Source of the DNA: Rhizodiscina lignyota
Taxonomy: Eukaryota
NCBI GenBank assembly: GCA_010015805.1
Contig: ML978122.1
Coordinates: forward strand, 2,390,453 to 2,454,452
Direction of reading: 5' to 3'
DNA: 64,000 nucleotides
This document shows positions 63,314 to 64,000 of the stretch, one piece after another (positions within the stretch are counted from its first letter, which is position 1; every line of letters starts with the position of its first letter). Under the pieces are notes generated by a model. It made no database searches and was not told where the DNA came from. It saw only the letters and a list, made by a program, of their open reading frames with translations. A program made the translations under genes and the position numbers.

Positions 63314-64000
63314 ATGTGCACTAGATACGGAGGATACGAGGAAGCGAGACGATTAACGTTGAAGCATTACGAAGAAGATGATTAGACGCCGGTACCCCTT
63401 CGAATCATTTGCATAGCAACGGCGTATGGCTATAGGCTGGACTTTCTGGATGCATCGGGCCTCACAGGCCAAGAAGATGCTCAATAAAAGACCTTTTACT
63501 CAGATCCATCCGCGTATCCCCGACAGCAACTCGTTTGCTATTGAAGAGTAAGGCCGGTCCGTGGGTTAGTACAGCGGTTAACGTAACCGCGTTCAAAGGA
63601 TCTACTGCAGCCACTTCGCCCTTTTTAAGCGGCTGTTTACCGGCGTTCCGGAATCCGGGCTCGCCTTGCGTGCATACGCATGCTTTGCTAGCATCCCCGG
63701 AAGAAGCACAAACGGTTCAAACGCACCCACTCAAAGGCGTGGACACTACGCTCATAGTTCGTGCTTGGTGGTACACTTTCTGCGCCCAAATGACTCTGGA
63801 CTGCTGGCAAACACACATTTCGGAGTGCTGAGAATATAAGATTGGATGTACTATGTATACAGTACCAACAAAATGAACGCAAAGTCGCAAACCGAAGCTG
63901 TTCCTTTTCTGGCATCATAAACTAGTATACGTGCCTGTGCAATCAAGGTCTCTACTTATCTCACCTCTGACCATCGGATATGTAAGGCTTATCAAATTTT

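Noticed and set aside
63550..63670. Possible tRNA (TTCAA and GTTCCGGAATCC resemble anticodon and T loops)
   Set aside because: No consistent cloverleaf, acceptor stem or canonical TTCGA loop. Kept only as a low-interest hairpin cluster.

Overview
Intron-containing filamentous ascomycete (Pezizomycotina) DNA with RIP-like scars. It falls into four zones. (1) 1-6.8 kb is accessory: a RIP-decayed DNA-transposon end, an intact HET-domain gene, and a tandem two-exon gene fusing a fungal HNH-nuclease-like domain (catalytic His replaced by Cys) to a glycerophosphodiester-phosphodiesterase (GDPD)-like domain. (2) 7-28 kb holds ordinary or secretory genes: a GPI protein, MFS and MATE-like transporters, a MULE/FAR1-derived DNA-binding protein, GT34, an 8-Cys secreted peptide, nitronate monooxygenase and GH47. 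(3) 28.3-40.9 kb is a decayed island: a TA-flanked MITE, a frameshifted NACHT (NLR-like) gene, a tandem duplication, RIP debris, a small secreted protein and a stop-riddled tyrosine-recombinase-like relic. This layout resembles a derelict Starship-like element. (4) 41-63.3 kb is conserved core: MET5, sreA, GCN3, NECAP, GILT, TVP15, DAO, OTU, RKI1 and ULA1. All calls come from manual motif reading; no database searches were run.
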